DNA from: a bacterium
GTDB taxonomy: Bacteria; UBA8248; JACPRG01; G963555815
Assembly: GCA_965218795.1 (NCBI GenBank)
Contig: OZ244653.1
Location: 1,312,001-1,376,000 of the forward strand
DNA: 64,000 nucleotides
Reading direction: 5' to 3'
Every line of letters begins with the position of its first letter. The first letter of the stretch is position 1. The notes under the pieces were generated by a model that made no database searches, had not been told where the DNA came from, and worked only from the letters and a program-made list of their open reading frames with translations. Shown here in pieces: positions 50,825-60,693 of the stretch. The translations under genes and the position numbers were made by a program.

Positions 50825-53119
50825 ATGGTTACCGATGACACGGTCGTCTCTCTAATCGGGCAATCGCCTACAAGAGCCGATGCCGTTGAGAAGGCCGCCG
50901 GTGTGACCCGGTTCAGCGATGACGTGTCGCTGCCGGGTATGCTTTGGGGCCGCGTCCTCAGAAGTCCGATGGCCAACGCCCGCATCCGCAAACTGGACGT
51001 TCGCGCGGCGGCCGGCCTGCCCGGCGTCCGCGCTGTCATCACCGCGAGCGACATCCCCGGTGTCAATCTGCGCGGCAACCTCCTCGGGGGTCGCGACGAC
51101 CAGCCCGTTCTTGCCGAGGATTGTGTTCGGGCGGTCGGGGACCCGGTAGCCCTCGTCGCCGCGGAGTCGATGGAGGCCGCCGAAGAAGCCCTCTCGCGCA
51201 TCGACGTTGAATACGAACCCCTTCCCTTGATGGTGGACCCGCTGGAGGCGGCGCAGGCGGATGCTCCCCTCGTCGATGAGCGCGGCAACCTGCTGGCGCA
51301 TTACGGGTTCCGGCGCGGGGACGTTGAGGCGGGCTTCGCCGAGGCCGCAGCTATCGTTGAAGAAACCTACCGTACCCAGTGCGTAGAGCATGCTTATCTG
51401 GAGGCGGAGGTCGGGACGGCATGGCTCGACCCGGGAGACGTCGTGCACATCCGCTGCGGGACCCAGATGATCGAAAACTTCCGATTCGTCGCACGGACAC
51501 TGGGCGTACCGCACAGCAAGGTGCGTATTGAATGCCCGGAGCTGGGCGGAGGGTTCGGCGGGAAGATCATGATCACCATCGAGCCCTTTCTGGGCCTCCT
51601 GGTGCAGGCCACCGGCCGGCCGGTGCGCATGTGCCTCACGCGGGAGGAGTCCATCCTGTCCTCCACGAAGCGCCACCCGTATGTCCTGCGATACAAGGCG
51701 GGCGCGGGAGAGGACGGGCGGCTGACCGCCCTCGTCGCGGATATCGTCGGGGATGCCGGCGCGTATGCGGACGTGAGCGGAATTATCTGCAAATACTCGA
51801 TGGTCCAGGCCTCGGGGCCCTATCGCTGTCCCAACGTTCAGGTGGACATGCGGATGGTCCTGACCCACAACCCGACGGCCACCGCCATGCGCGGCGTGGG
51901 ATCGCCCCAGATTACGCTCGCCCTGGAAGGTCTCATGGACAACCTGTCCGAACGGCTGGCAATGGACCCCTTCGAGTTCCGCAGGCGGAACTACGTCTCC
52001 AAGGGTGATGCGCTCGCGACGGGACAGCCCCTCAAGTACGACGTCCGCCTGCCCGAAACCTATGAGCGGGCGAGTCAGGCGCTGGAGAGAGCCGTTTTCG
52101 GTAACGGTCAATCATTGGAAGAAAATCGAGAGCCCAACCGGCGGCTTCGGGCCAGAGGCATGGCTTCGAATATGACCGGCTACGGGCGACATGGGACTTT
52201 GGCGGAAGCGTATGTTGCGGTGCAGCTGGACGGGAGCGCCGTTGTCGCGGCGGGCGCGCCCGATCTGGGCGCCGGGCAGGGAGCGGCCTACCGGCAGGTT
52301 GCCGCCTCCCTGCTGGGTCTTCCGGTGGACAAGGTCACCGTCCTCCTGTCCGACTCCCATACCACCCCTCTGGTGGGGATGACGGCGGGCAGCCGGCAGT
52401 TTCTCAATACCGGCAGCGCCATCACATGCGCCGCCGAGCCCATCGTGCGCGGTCTGAAGGAGGCGGCGGCCGATCTCCTGGAAGCCCCGGCCGGCGACAT
52501 CATTCTGGCTGAAGGAACGGCATCCGTTCGAGGGGCGCCGGAGCGAAATGCAGCCCACCCGGAGCTGATCGCCGCGTGCACAGCCGCCGGGACTTCTCTC
52601 ACGAATCTGGGGACCTTCAAAATCGAGCCTGAACCCTATCCGGGCTCGGACACGGCCCATGAGGCCGGGTGGGTGGACTACACGTTCGGCGGGGCTGCGG
52701 CGGACGTCTCCGTCGACACCGAAACCGGTGAGGTCACCCTCCACGGCCTCGGCGTGTCGCACGACGTCGGAACGGCCGTGAACCCTCAGTCCGTGACGGG
52801 TCAGTTCGAGGGAGGCGCCTCCTATGGCATGGGACTGGCGCTCTTTGAAGATTGCTGCGTGAAGCAAGGAAAGGCCGGGGCCCACGATTTCGCGGATTAC
52901 ATCCTCTCCACACCGATGGATGCCCCGGAAATCGGTACGGGTGTGATCGAGTCCGGCGAGGGGGCGGGACCCTTCGGCGCACGGGGCATCGGTGAAGCGG
53001 CCAACAACACCTCCGCCGCGGCCATTGCCAACGCCGTCTCCCGGGCCATCGGAGTTCGCGTCACCACGCTCCCGATCACGCCCGAGAAGGTCCTCTTCGC
53101 CTTGCGCGAGGGAATTTAG
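50825..53119 (+). CDS. Xanthine dehydrogenase-family molybdopterin-binding subunit
   Basis: EHAYLE, LGGGFGGK, AMRGVG.PQ, GQFEGG, GARGIGE, LPITPEKV. Confidence 0.93.
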   Translation: MVTDDTVVSLIGQSPTRADAVEKAAGVTRFSDDVSLPGMLWGRVLRSPMANARIRKLDVRAAAGLPGVRAVITASDIPGVNLRGNLLGGRDDQPVLAEDCVRAVGDPVALVAAESMEAAEEALSRIDVEYEPLPLMVDPLEAAQADAPLVDERGNLLAHYGFRRGDVEAGFAEAAAIVEETYRTQCVEHAYLEAEVGTAWLDPGDVVHIRCGTQMIENFRFVARTLGVPHSKVRIECPELGGGFGGKIMITIEPFLGLLVQATGRPVRMCLTREESILSSTKRHPYVLRYKAGAGEDGRLTALVADIVGDAGAYADVSGIICKYSMVQASGPYRCPNVQVDMRMVLTHNPTATAMRGVGSPQITLALEGLMDNLSERLAMDPFEFRRRNYVSKGDALATGQPLKYDVRLPETYERASQALERAVFGNGQSLEENREPNRRLRARGMASNMTGYGRHGTLAEAYVAVQLDGSAVVAAGAPDLGAGQGAAYRQVAASLLGLPVDKVTVLLSDSHTTPLVGMTAGSRQFLNTGSAITCAAEPIVRGLKEAAADLLEAPAGDIILAEGTASVRGAPERNAAHPELIAACTAAGTSLTNLGTFKIEPEPYPGSDTAHEAGWVDYTFGGAAADVSVDTETGEVTLHGLGVSHDVGTAVNPQSVTGQFEGGASYGMGLALFEDCCVKQGKAGAHDFADYILSTPMDAPEIGTGVIESGEGAGPFGARGIGEAANNTSAAAIANAVSRAIGVRVTTLPITPEKVLFALREGI

Positions 53120-53136
53120 CCTTCGTAGCTTCCTTA

Positions 53137-53161
53137 GTAGGGCGGGGCTCCGTACCCGCCC
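53137..53161 (+). repeat. GTAG-type REP-like hairpin
   Basis: GTAG followed by GGCGGG..CCCGCC. Confidence 0.5.
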
Positions 53162-53282
53162 AAAGGCCAGGGCCGCGCCGCGGGATGCCCCCCGAACAGG
53201 ATCATCACGCGGAGAAGTGGATAACAACGGGAAATGTAGCCCCCCCTTGCTTATCGGATCCTGATAGGCGAAAACTGAAAAC

Positions 53283-56200
53283 ATGAGCGGAACGGACACG
53301 AAACTGACGGCCGCGGTGGAGACCTACTTCACCGATCTCGGACGGGTGCGCGCGTCGGGCGGCGCGACCGGGGAGCGGTCGAGCTACGGGCCGCTCGCCA
53401 ACCTGCTCAACGCCGTGGGCGCGACGCTCAAGCCAAAAGTGTTCTGCGTGGGCGAGTTGGTCGATCAGGGCGCGGGCCACCCCGACTTCGGCCTCTATGC
53501 GGCGAAGCAGGTGCAGAAGGGCCGGCCCCGGGAAGGCCAGATCCCCGAACGCGGCGTCGTCGAGGTGAAGTCCGCGGATGACGACGCCTGGCTCACGGCA
53601 ACGGGCGATCAGGTGAGCAAGTATTGGAACCGCTACCACCTCGTGCTGGTCACCAACACGCGCGACTTCGTTCTGGTGGGCGAGGACGCGGCGGGCCGCC
53701 CTTCGAGGCTGGAGACCTTCCGGCTGGCGGACAGCACGGACGACTTCTGGCGCAAGCTGGAGAAGCCGCGCGTCTTCACCCGCGAAGTCGGCGCAGGTTT
53801 GGGCGAGTATCTTTGCCGGGCCCTCTCACACCGGGCCGCGCTCGCCGAACCCAAGGACCTGGCCTGGCTCCTCGCTTCCTACGCGAGAGACGCCCTCTTT
53901 CGTGTCGAGGCCGCAGGCGATGCGCCGTCGCTCGAGACGGTGCGCTCTTCCCTTGAGGAAGCCCTGGGCGTCCGCTTCGAGGGCGAGCGTGGCGCGGCCT
54001 TCTTCCGTTCGACCCTGGTGCAGACCCTTTTCTACGGCGTGTTCTCCGCCTGGGTGCTCTGGGCGCGGCAATTGCTGCCGCCTAAAGGCGATTTCAACTG
54101 GCATGAAGCGGTCTGGCACCTGCGCGCGCCGGTCCTGCGGGCGCTGTTCCAGCAACTGTCCGATCCCGGCCGCTTGCAACCGCTGGGCCTCGTCGAAGTC
54201 CTGGACTGGACTTCTGCCGCGCTCGACCGCGTGGACCGGGCCGCCTTCTTCGCCCGTTTCAACGAGGGGGAGGCGGTGCCCTATTTCTACGAGCCGTTCC
54301 TGGAAGCCTTCGACCCCGAGCTCCGCAAGCAGCTCGGCGTCTGGTACACCCCAACGGAAGTGGTGCGCTACATGGTCGCCCGCGTGGACAAGGCGCTGAA
54401 GGACGACCTCGACATACCGGACGGGCTCGCCGCGGAGAACGTCTACGTCCTCGATCCCTGCTGCGGCACCGGGGCCTATCTCGCAGAAGTCCTGCGCCGA
54501 ATCGCCGCCAATCTGCAAGGCCGGGGCATGGGCGCGCTCGCCGGCGCGCGGGTGAAGCAGGCGGCCTTGAAGCGCGTGTTCGGCTTCGAGATCATGCCCG
54601 CGCCGTTCGTCGTGGCCCACTTGCAGGTCGGCTTGACCATGCAGGACCTCGACGCCCGGCTGGCCGAGGATGAACGCCCCGGCGTCTTCCTCACCAACGC
54701 GCTCACCGGCTGGGAGCCGCGAACGACCAAGCCCTTGCCCTTCCCCGAGTTGGAGGAAGAACGCGACCGGGCGGAGCAAGTGAAGCAGGAGACGCCCATC
54801 CTCGTGATCCTCGGCAACCCGCCCTACAACAGTTTCGCCGGCATGGCGGTGGGCGAGGAGCGGGAGCTTTCGGAAGCCTACCGGACGACAAGACGGGTAC
54901 GCCGTCCCGAAGGCCAGGGGCTGAACGATCTCTACGTCCGTTTCTTCCGCATGGCGGAGCGGCGCATTGCGGAGAAGACGGGCCGAGGCGTGGTCTGCTT
55001 CATCTCCAACTACTCCTGGCTCGACGGCCTGTCCTTCACCGGGATGCGGGAGCGGTATCTTGAGGCGTTCGACGCGGTGCGGATCGACAATCTGCACGGC
55101 GACCGTATCGTCTCGGAATACGCGCCCGACGGGCGGACCAGCGAAACGGTCTTCGCGCTTCGGGGACAATCGCCGGGTATCAAGGTCGGTACAAGCATCG
55201 CCCTATTTTCGAGATCCGGGACCGTCGCGGATATATCGACGGGCGGGCGCATCCTGTACCGCGATTTCCATCAGGCAAGAGCCGATGAAAGACGGCAAGC
55301 GCTGTTGGACAGTCTCGACGCTCCCGCAATCGATGCGGGCTACTCGGCATTGGAGCCCAATCTTCGCCTCGGCTTGCCGTTCAAGCCAACCGCGGTGAGC
55401 GAGGGCTGGTTCGACTGGCCGGCCCTGCCTGAGTTGTTCCCGGTGTCGTTTCCCGGAGTTCAGACCAGCCGCGACGGGTTCCTCGTGGATGTCGATCTCG
55501 ACCGGCTGCGAAAGCGTGTAAGCGACTACTTTGACGCTGGCCTGAGCCATGAGGAAATCGCGAGACGCTATCCGGCGGTAATGAAGGCGACGGCGCGGTT
55601 CGACGCCCGAACGGTGCGGGACGTGCTGCTGAAACGCGGTGGACCGGATGAATCCGGCTTCGTCCGCTTCGCTTACCGGCCATTCGATTGCCGTTGGCTC
55701 TATTGGGAGCAGGACACGAAACTTCTCGATGAGAAGCGCGCCGACTACAGGCCCCATGTGTTCGAGGGGAATATGTGGCTGTCCGCCGCGCAGCACCTGC
55801 GGAAGGGCGCGGGAGAACCGCAATCGTGTTTCACGCAGCATATCGGTGCGCGGCATCTGATCGAGCGCGGCGCCAATTGGTTCCCCGCTTGGCTTCGCGC
55901 AGACGCCCTGGACGCGCCGGACTCCGGCCGTCGCCCGAATCTTTCGGAAGCCGCGCAACGCTGGCTCAACCGTTTGGGGCTCAACGTGGAAGACCTGTTC
56001 CATCACGTCCTTGCCGTGCTCCACGATCCCGCCTACCGAGAGGCCAACGCCAGCGCGCTCCGCATGGAATGGCCGCGCATCCCCCTTCCCGGCTGGCCCG
56101 ACGGCGAGGCCGACGGCGGGGCCGGCGACGCGCTTGGGACGGAAGGACCGCTCCCCCGCTTCCGGGCTCTCTCTCCCTCTGGAGGGAGGGAAAATGAGAA

Positions 56201-56816
56201 CCCCTCTCCCGATGGGAGAGGGGAAGGGGTGAGGGCTCGTGAGGAGCGGCATAGGGAGCGCCAGCCCCTCCCGGAGAGAGGGGCTGCTGCGTCTGACAGC
56301 GCGGCGGAAGCGCTCTCCCGATCGGCGGCGCGGGGACGCGAGCTCGCCCGGCTGCTCGACCCCGACACGCCCGTTCCGGGCGTCACGGCAGCCCCATTGC
56401 GGCCTGAGATCGCCGCTGTCGCCGTACCCGCCACGACGGAGGGGCGCAACATGAGGGATGACGACTTCGCCCTCACCGCCGGATGGGGTCATTACGGAAC
56501 AGGCGATGCCGTGATGCCCGGCCAGGGCCGGGTTGTCGAGCGGGCCTATACGCCGGACGAACGCGCCGCCCTGGGCGAAGCCTTGCCCGCTCTCGGCAAG
56601 ACCACCTTCGACATCCACCTGAACGCCCGCGCCTTCTGGCGCAACGTCCCCGCCGCGGTCTGGGGCTACAGGCTCGGCGGCTACCAGGTCCTCAAGAAAT
56701 GGCTCTCCTACCGGGAGCGCGGCATCCTCGACCGGCCCCTCGCGCCCGAGGAAGTCCAGCACTTCACGGACACGGCGAGGCGGATTGGGGCGATCCTGTT
56801 GAGGACCGTTCGATGA
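53283..56816 (+). CDS. Type IIG-like R-M fusion with Type ISP-like C-terminal specificity domain
   Basis: HPDF..VEVK nuclease motif, GVWYTP, LDPCCGTG, GNPPY, YRPFD, YRLGGYQVLKKWL.YR; no helicase motifs seen. Confidence 0.9.
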   Translation: MSGTDTKLTAAVETYFTDLGRVRASGGATGERSSYGPLANLLNAVGATLKPKVFCVGELVDQGAGHPDFGLYAAKQVQKGRPREGQIPERGVVEVKSADDDAWLTATGDQVSKYWNRYHLVLVTNTRDFVLVGEDAAGRPSRLETFRLADSTDDFWRKLEKPRVFTREVGAGLGEYLCRALSHRAALAEPKDLAWLLASYARDALFRVEAAGDAPSLETVRSSLEEALGVRFEGERGAAFFRSTLVQTLFYGVFSAWVLWARQLLPPKGDFNWHEAVWHLRAPVLRALFQQLSDPGRLQPLGLVEVLDWTSAALDRVDRAAFFARFNEGEAVPYFYEPFLEAFDPELRKQLGVWYTPTEVVRYMVARVDKALKDDLDIPDGLAAENVYVLDPCCGTGAYLAEVLRRIAANLQGRGMGALAGARVKQAALKRVFGFEIMPAPFVVAHLQVGLTMQDLDARLAEDERPGVFLTNALTGWEPRTTKPLPFPELEEERDRAEQVKQETPILVILGNPPYNSFAGMAVGEERELSEAYRTTRRVRRPEGQGLNDLYVRFFRMAERRIAEKTGRGVVCFISNYSWLDGLSFTGMRERYLEAFDAVRIDNLHGDRIVSEYAPDGRTSETVFALRGQSPGIKVGTSIALFSRSGTVADISTGGRILYRDFHQARADERRQALLDSLDAPAIDAGYSALEPNLRLGLPFKPTAVSEGWFDWPALPELFPVSFPGVQTSRDGFLVDVDLDRLRKRVSDYFDAGLSHEEIARRYPAVMKATARFDARTVRDVLLKRGGPDESGFVRFAYRPFDCRWLYWEQDTKLLDEKRADYRPHVFEGNMWLSAAQHLRKGAGEPQSCFTQHIGARHLIERGANWFPAWLRADALDAPDSGRRPNLSEAAQRWLNRLGLNVEDLFHHVLAVLHDPAYREANASALRMEWPRIPLPGWPDGEADGGAGDALGTEGPLPRFRALSPSGGRENENPSPDGRGEGVRAREERHRERQPLPERGAAASDSAAEALSRSAARGRELARLLDPDTPVPGVTAAPLRPEIAAVAVPATTEGRNMRDDDFALTAGWGHYGTGDAVMPGQGRVVERAYTPDERAALGEALPALGKTTFDIHLNARAFWRNVPAAVWGYRLGGYQVLKKWLSYRERGILDRPLAPEEVQHFTDTARRIGAILLRTVR

Positions 56817-57806
56817 AATTCAAGGATTGGTTGCGCCTGCCGCTGCTCATCCGCCGCGTGACCGGTCGGGATGCGTTCCGGTGGATGACCGGGATAGCGA
56901 TCGTACTGGCGACCGGCATCTTTTTCTCCTGGCGTTATTGGGGAGAGTTGCACGGGGATCAGGAATCGCTCAGCACGACTGTCCGCAATGTGGGCGTCGT
57001 GATCGGTGGCGTCATTGCAATACTGCTCGCTGTCTGGCGCGGCACGGTGGCGGACCGTCAGGCGAAGGCGGGGCAGCGGCAGTCCGAAACAGCGCAGCAG
57101 GGCCTGTCGAACGAACGCTACCAGAAGGGCGCGGAGATGATCGGCAGCGGCGTTCTCTCGGTCCGTCTGGGCGGCGTCTACGCCCTGCAACGTCTGGCCG
57201 AGGAGCATCCCAAGCAATACCACGTCCAGATCATGCGTCTGTTCTGCGCCTTCGCGCGCCACCCAACCGAGGACAGCGAGGAAAAAACCAAACAAGTCGG
57301 ACAGCCTGACTCCGAAACAAAACCGCTGCCCCGCCCGGATATTCAGGCGATCATGGAGGCTATTAGAGACCGCAGAGAGGCAGCCGTTGCTCTTGAAAAG
57401 CAAGATGGCTTTAAGTGGAATCTTGTGTCGGTCAATTTGAGTGGATCGCACCTCGCAAACATAGACTTTAGTCTGGGCGCGGCTTTGGAAAGCGAACCTA
57501 TCCGACGCGGTCCTCATAGCGGCAGACATGTCCGGTGCGGTTCTCAATGGAGCAAACCTATCCAACGCAAACCTCGTGAGTGCAAACCTGAATCTTGCGC
57601 GCCTTGATGGAGCAAACCTATCCAGGGCGTGGATTATAGACGCTAACCTGACCGGTGCGAACCTGTCCAACGTAACCGGACTGATGCAGCAGCAACTCAA
57701 TGAAGCCCGCGCCTATCCCGATTAACCGCCCAGGTTGGACGGCGCTCTTGCCGCCGAGACTGGCAAACCGCTGGTCTGGCGCGGCAAGCCGCCCGACGAC
57801 GAATAG
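56813..57806 (+). pseudogene. Membrane-anchored pentapeptide-repeat protein, frameshifted near 57493 with a stop at 57723
   Basis: ERYQKGAEMIG..VRLGGVYAL; ANLS/ANLT repeats in a second frame; tail GKPLVWRGKP after an in-frame TAA. Confidence 0.78.
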
Positions 57807-57834
57807 ACGCGCGGGGCGACGCATTTTGATTGAT

Positions 57835-57915
57835 GCGATGTTCGCCATCACCCCCGCGATAACCCTCTCCACACGCTCGGCCGCCTCGACGAGGTGGCCG
57901 TCGGCGTAGCGGATC
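57835..57915 (-). pseudogene. C-terminal remnant of a tyrosine integrase
   Basis: RYADGHLVEAAERVERVIAGVM resembles RYAHLARDSVQEAAERIAGSIA of the integrase at 2735-3969. Confidence 0.55.
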
Positions 57916-58243
57916 AAAAACAGTTGAGAATGGCCTGGAAAATCCGGGGGATTTCCGGGGCGAAACGGCCCGGGAATCGCCCCTGAGAGGGGGCGTGCAT
58001 CGACGTTGCTCGATGCCGGCGGTGGCCGATCTGCTGTATCGAACCAGGGGCGAGTTCTCGCCCATTAGGGGGGAAAGCCCGGATATCCTGACGCGGAATC
58101 CGTACTCAATCAATATGTTTCAATGGGTTCGTTTCATGTATAAAGTCTGAATCCATGCGGATTGCGTCCATCTCCGACAACCTGGCGAGAGGACTCCCCT
58201 TCTGTCGCCGCCTCGGCCGGGGTGACTCAGAGAGAACCCATTC

Positions 58244-59113
58244 TTGATCGACTCGCCTATCCCGCTCGCCCTTTGCGCGGCCGCGGCCCTGGCTTTTTCC
58301 GACTTCGCCATCCGCCCCGGCGCCCGCCACACGACCGCCTTCACCGGATCTTTCGTGCTTGCGGCTGTCCACTTCATCCTGTTCGCGCCGCTGGCCCTGT
58401 GGCGGTTTCCACAAATGGACATCTGGAACCCGGGATTCTGGTGGTACGTCGCCTCAGGCGTGATGGACCCCGGGCTCGGGCCCCTTTGTTATTTCATTGG
58501 GGTCTCCCGCGTGGGCATAGCGAGGGGGTCGAGCATCATCGCGACGTATCCGATCTTCAGCACCGCGGGGGCCATTCTGCTGGTGGGCGAACACCCAAAC
58601 CCATGGGTGTGGGTGGGGACGGTCGCCATTGTCGCAGGCGTCGCCTCGCTCGCCTATGAACGGCGCGCACAGACCGTCGATCGATCGGGCTTCGTCTTTT
58701 TGATACTCGCCGCTTTGTTTCTGGGACTGGCTCACCCCTTCCGGAAAATCGGGTTGACGTACATCCCATCGGCCATCGTGGGACTGGCCATTGCGCCGGC
58801 GGGATGCTTTGTCACTCTGTTCCTGATCGCCCCGTTGCTGCAGGCAGACGCCCGTTTCAATCTGAACCGAAAGGGGGTGGCTTACTATTCTCTGCACGCA
58901 GCGGGAAACGGACTGGCCCTCTTTCTGATCCTGACTGCCTTGCGGCTGGGACAGGTCAGCGTCGTCATACCGCTGACCCGCACGTTTCCCCTGATCGTCA
59001 TCTTTCTGGCCTGGCTCTTCCTGAGAAAAAAAGAGCCCATCACCGTTCGGCTTCTCTTTGGGGCAACCCTGATCGTACTCGGAGCGGCCGTTATCGCCGG
59101 GTTGGGAAAATAG
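58244..59113 (+). CDS. EamA/DMT transporter
   Basis: About 10 hydrophobic segments; VSVVIPL..TFPL..FL..KE. Confidence 0.82.
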   Translation: MIDSPIPLALCAAAALAFSDFAIRPGARHTTAFTGSFVLAAVHFILFAPLALWRFPQMDIWNPGFWWYVASGVMDPGLGPLCYFIGVSRVGIARGSSIIATYPIFSTAGAILLVGEHPNPWVWVGTVAIVAGVASLAYERRAQTVDRSGFVFLILAALFLGLAHPFRKIGLTYIPSAIVGLAIAPAGCFVTLFLIAPLLQADARFNLNRKGVAYYSLHAAGNGLALFLILTALRLGQVSVVIPLTRTFPLIVIFLAWLFLRKKEPITVRLLFGATLIVLGAAVIAGLGK

Positions 59114-59446
59114 AAGGCATGCCATCCAAGGTCAGTCCGCCGCTCTCATGGACTCTGCAAAGGCCGTGGGATTGCCGTGCGATGGTCGGTCGTCGCACCA
59201 GAAAGAAAGGAGAGGGAGCGTCATGGGCGGTCCAGTCGCCCGAACCTCGGGGGTTTGTCCGAATTCGACAGTTGATTGTTGACGCCATCTTGTCTTCTAT
59301 GCGAAAGTGCCTTGAATTCCATTGAGCCAATTCCAAAGGAACGGGACTGAAGCGGCGTGGTTGTTTGGATATCTCGCCTGGCTGGGGGACGGCGCCGGAA
59401 TTTCCAGCCCATGGTTCAACGAATCCAAGCCTTGGAGGAAAAAACG

Positions 59447-60487
59447 ATGACCTGGAAACACTGGCTCACCCTGGTTCTGCTCCTCACCCTCTTTGTCTCC
59501 CTTTCGGTCTCATCCTCTCAGGCCCAGATGAAAAAAAAGGTGACGTTAACCGAGGATTGGATCCTGTACGGAGCGCAGTTGCCTGAATTTCTGGCGAGGG
59601 AGAAAGGGTTTTATGCGGCCGAAGGGTTGGATGTCAATATCGTCCGGGGCTACGGTCCGGGCGACACCGTGAAGAAAGTCGCCGCAGGGGCTTCCGAGTT
59701 CGGTCGTTCGGCGGGCATCAGCGACATCCTGGGGCGGGCCGGCGGAGCCAAAATCAAGATCGTTGCCGTGCCCATGCTGACGCCTCCGTTCGGAGTGGTT
59801 TTTCTCAAGAGCAGCGGAATCCGAAACCCCAAGGATCTCGAAGGGAAAAAGCTCGGAGCGCCCGCCGCCTCTTCCGCCTTTCGCATGTTCCCGGCCTTCG
59901 CTCAAGAGACGGGAATCAACCAGTCCAAGATCACGGTTGTCAATATGGACCCCGCGGGCCTGGTCGGGAGCCTGGTGGTCAAAAGCGTGGACATATGCAT
60001 CTTTTGGCCCACCGAGATGCCCGCGTACGCCAAGGCCGCCAAACAACGGGGCGAAGAGGTGTCCTACATGCTCTATGCCGATTACGGGGTGAGGGACATG
60101 TACGGAAACACCTTTATCACCGCAGATAACATCATCGCGAAGAGCCCGAAAGTAGTCCGGGGCTTTGTCCGGGCGTCCCTGCGGGGGCTTTCGTACACCA
60201 TTGAACATCCGGACGAGGCGGTGAAGGCTTTCATGAAGCACAGCGCGGCCTCGGACCCGGCCGTCATCAAGGGAGAATGGCTCGAGACCGCAAAGCTGGC
60301 CTTTGATGACCTGTACGAAAAGAACGGGCTCGGTTTTGCAGATCCCGGAAAAATGAAGGCCTCTCTTCAGCTCGTGAGGAAATACTTCGACGCCAAAGCA
60401 ACGATCAAACCCGAGGACGTCTATACGAACGAATTCGTCCTGGCGACTCCGCGAGAGTGGCGAACCGCCAAGCGGCCGGCCAAATAA
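59447..60487 (+). CDS. NMT1/THI5-like ABC substrate-binding protein
   Basis: Signal peptide; EKGFYAAEGLDV, PKDLEGKKLG, HPDEA. Confidence 0.85.
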   Translation: MTWKHWLTLVLLLTLFVSLSVSSSQAQMKKKVTLTEDWILYGAQLPEFLAREKGFYAAEGLDVNIVRGYGPGDTVKKVAAGASEFGRSAGISDILGRAGGAKIKIVAVPMLTPPFGVVFLKSSGIRNPKDLEGKKLGAPAASSAFRMFPAFAQETGINQSKITVVNMDPAGLVGSLVVKSVDICIFWPTEMPAYAKAAKQRGEEVSYMLYADYGVRDMYGNTFITADNIIAKSPKVVRGFVRASLRGLSYTIEHPDEAVKAFMKHSAASDPAVIKGEWLETAKLAFDDLYEKNGLGFADPGKMKASLQLVRKYFDAKATIKPEDVYTNEFVLATPREWRTAKRPAK

Positions 60488-60693
60488 TCCGGCCGCCGGT
60501 TTTGCTGAAACTGTCAAAGGCTCCCGGAACCCGGTGCGCCGTCCGACCGGTGCGGGCGAAAGCCTGCATTGGAGTTCCCGACCGCTTCCCAGCGTCGTGA
60601 CGAATCGCGCGATGTGAAACGAATCTGAGCGACAGCGGGCCGGCCATTCGTCGGGAGAAGGCGCTGCGGCCCATGCCCCGAAGGAGGGCTATC

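Noticed and set aside
59114-59446. TPP riboswitch upstream of the NMT1/THI5-like gene
   Set aside because: The conserved CTGAGA and ACCTGA core elements were not found
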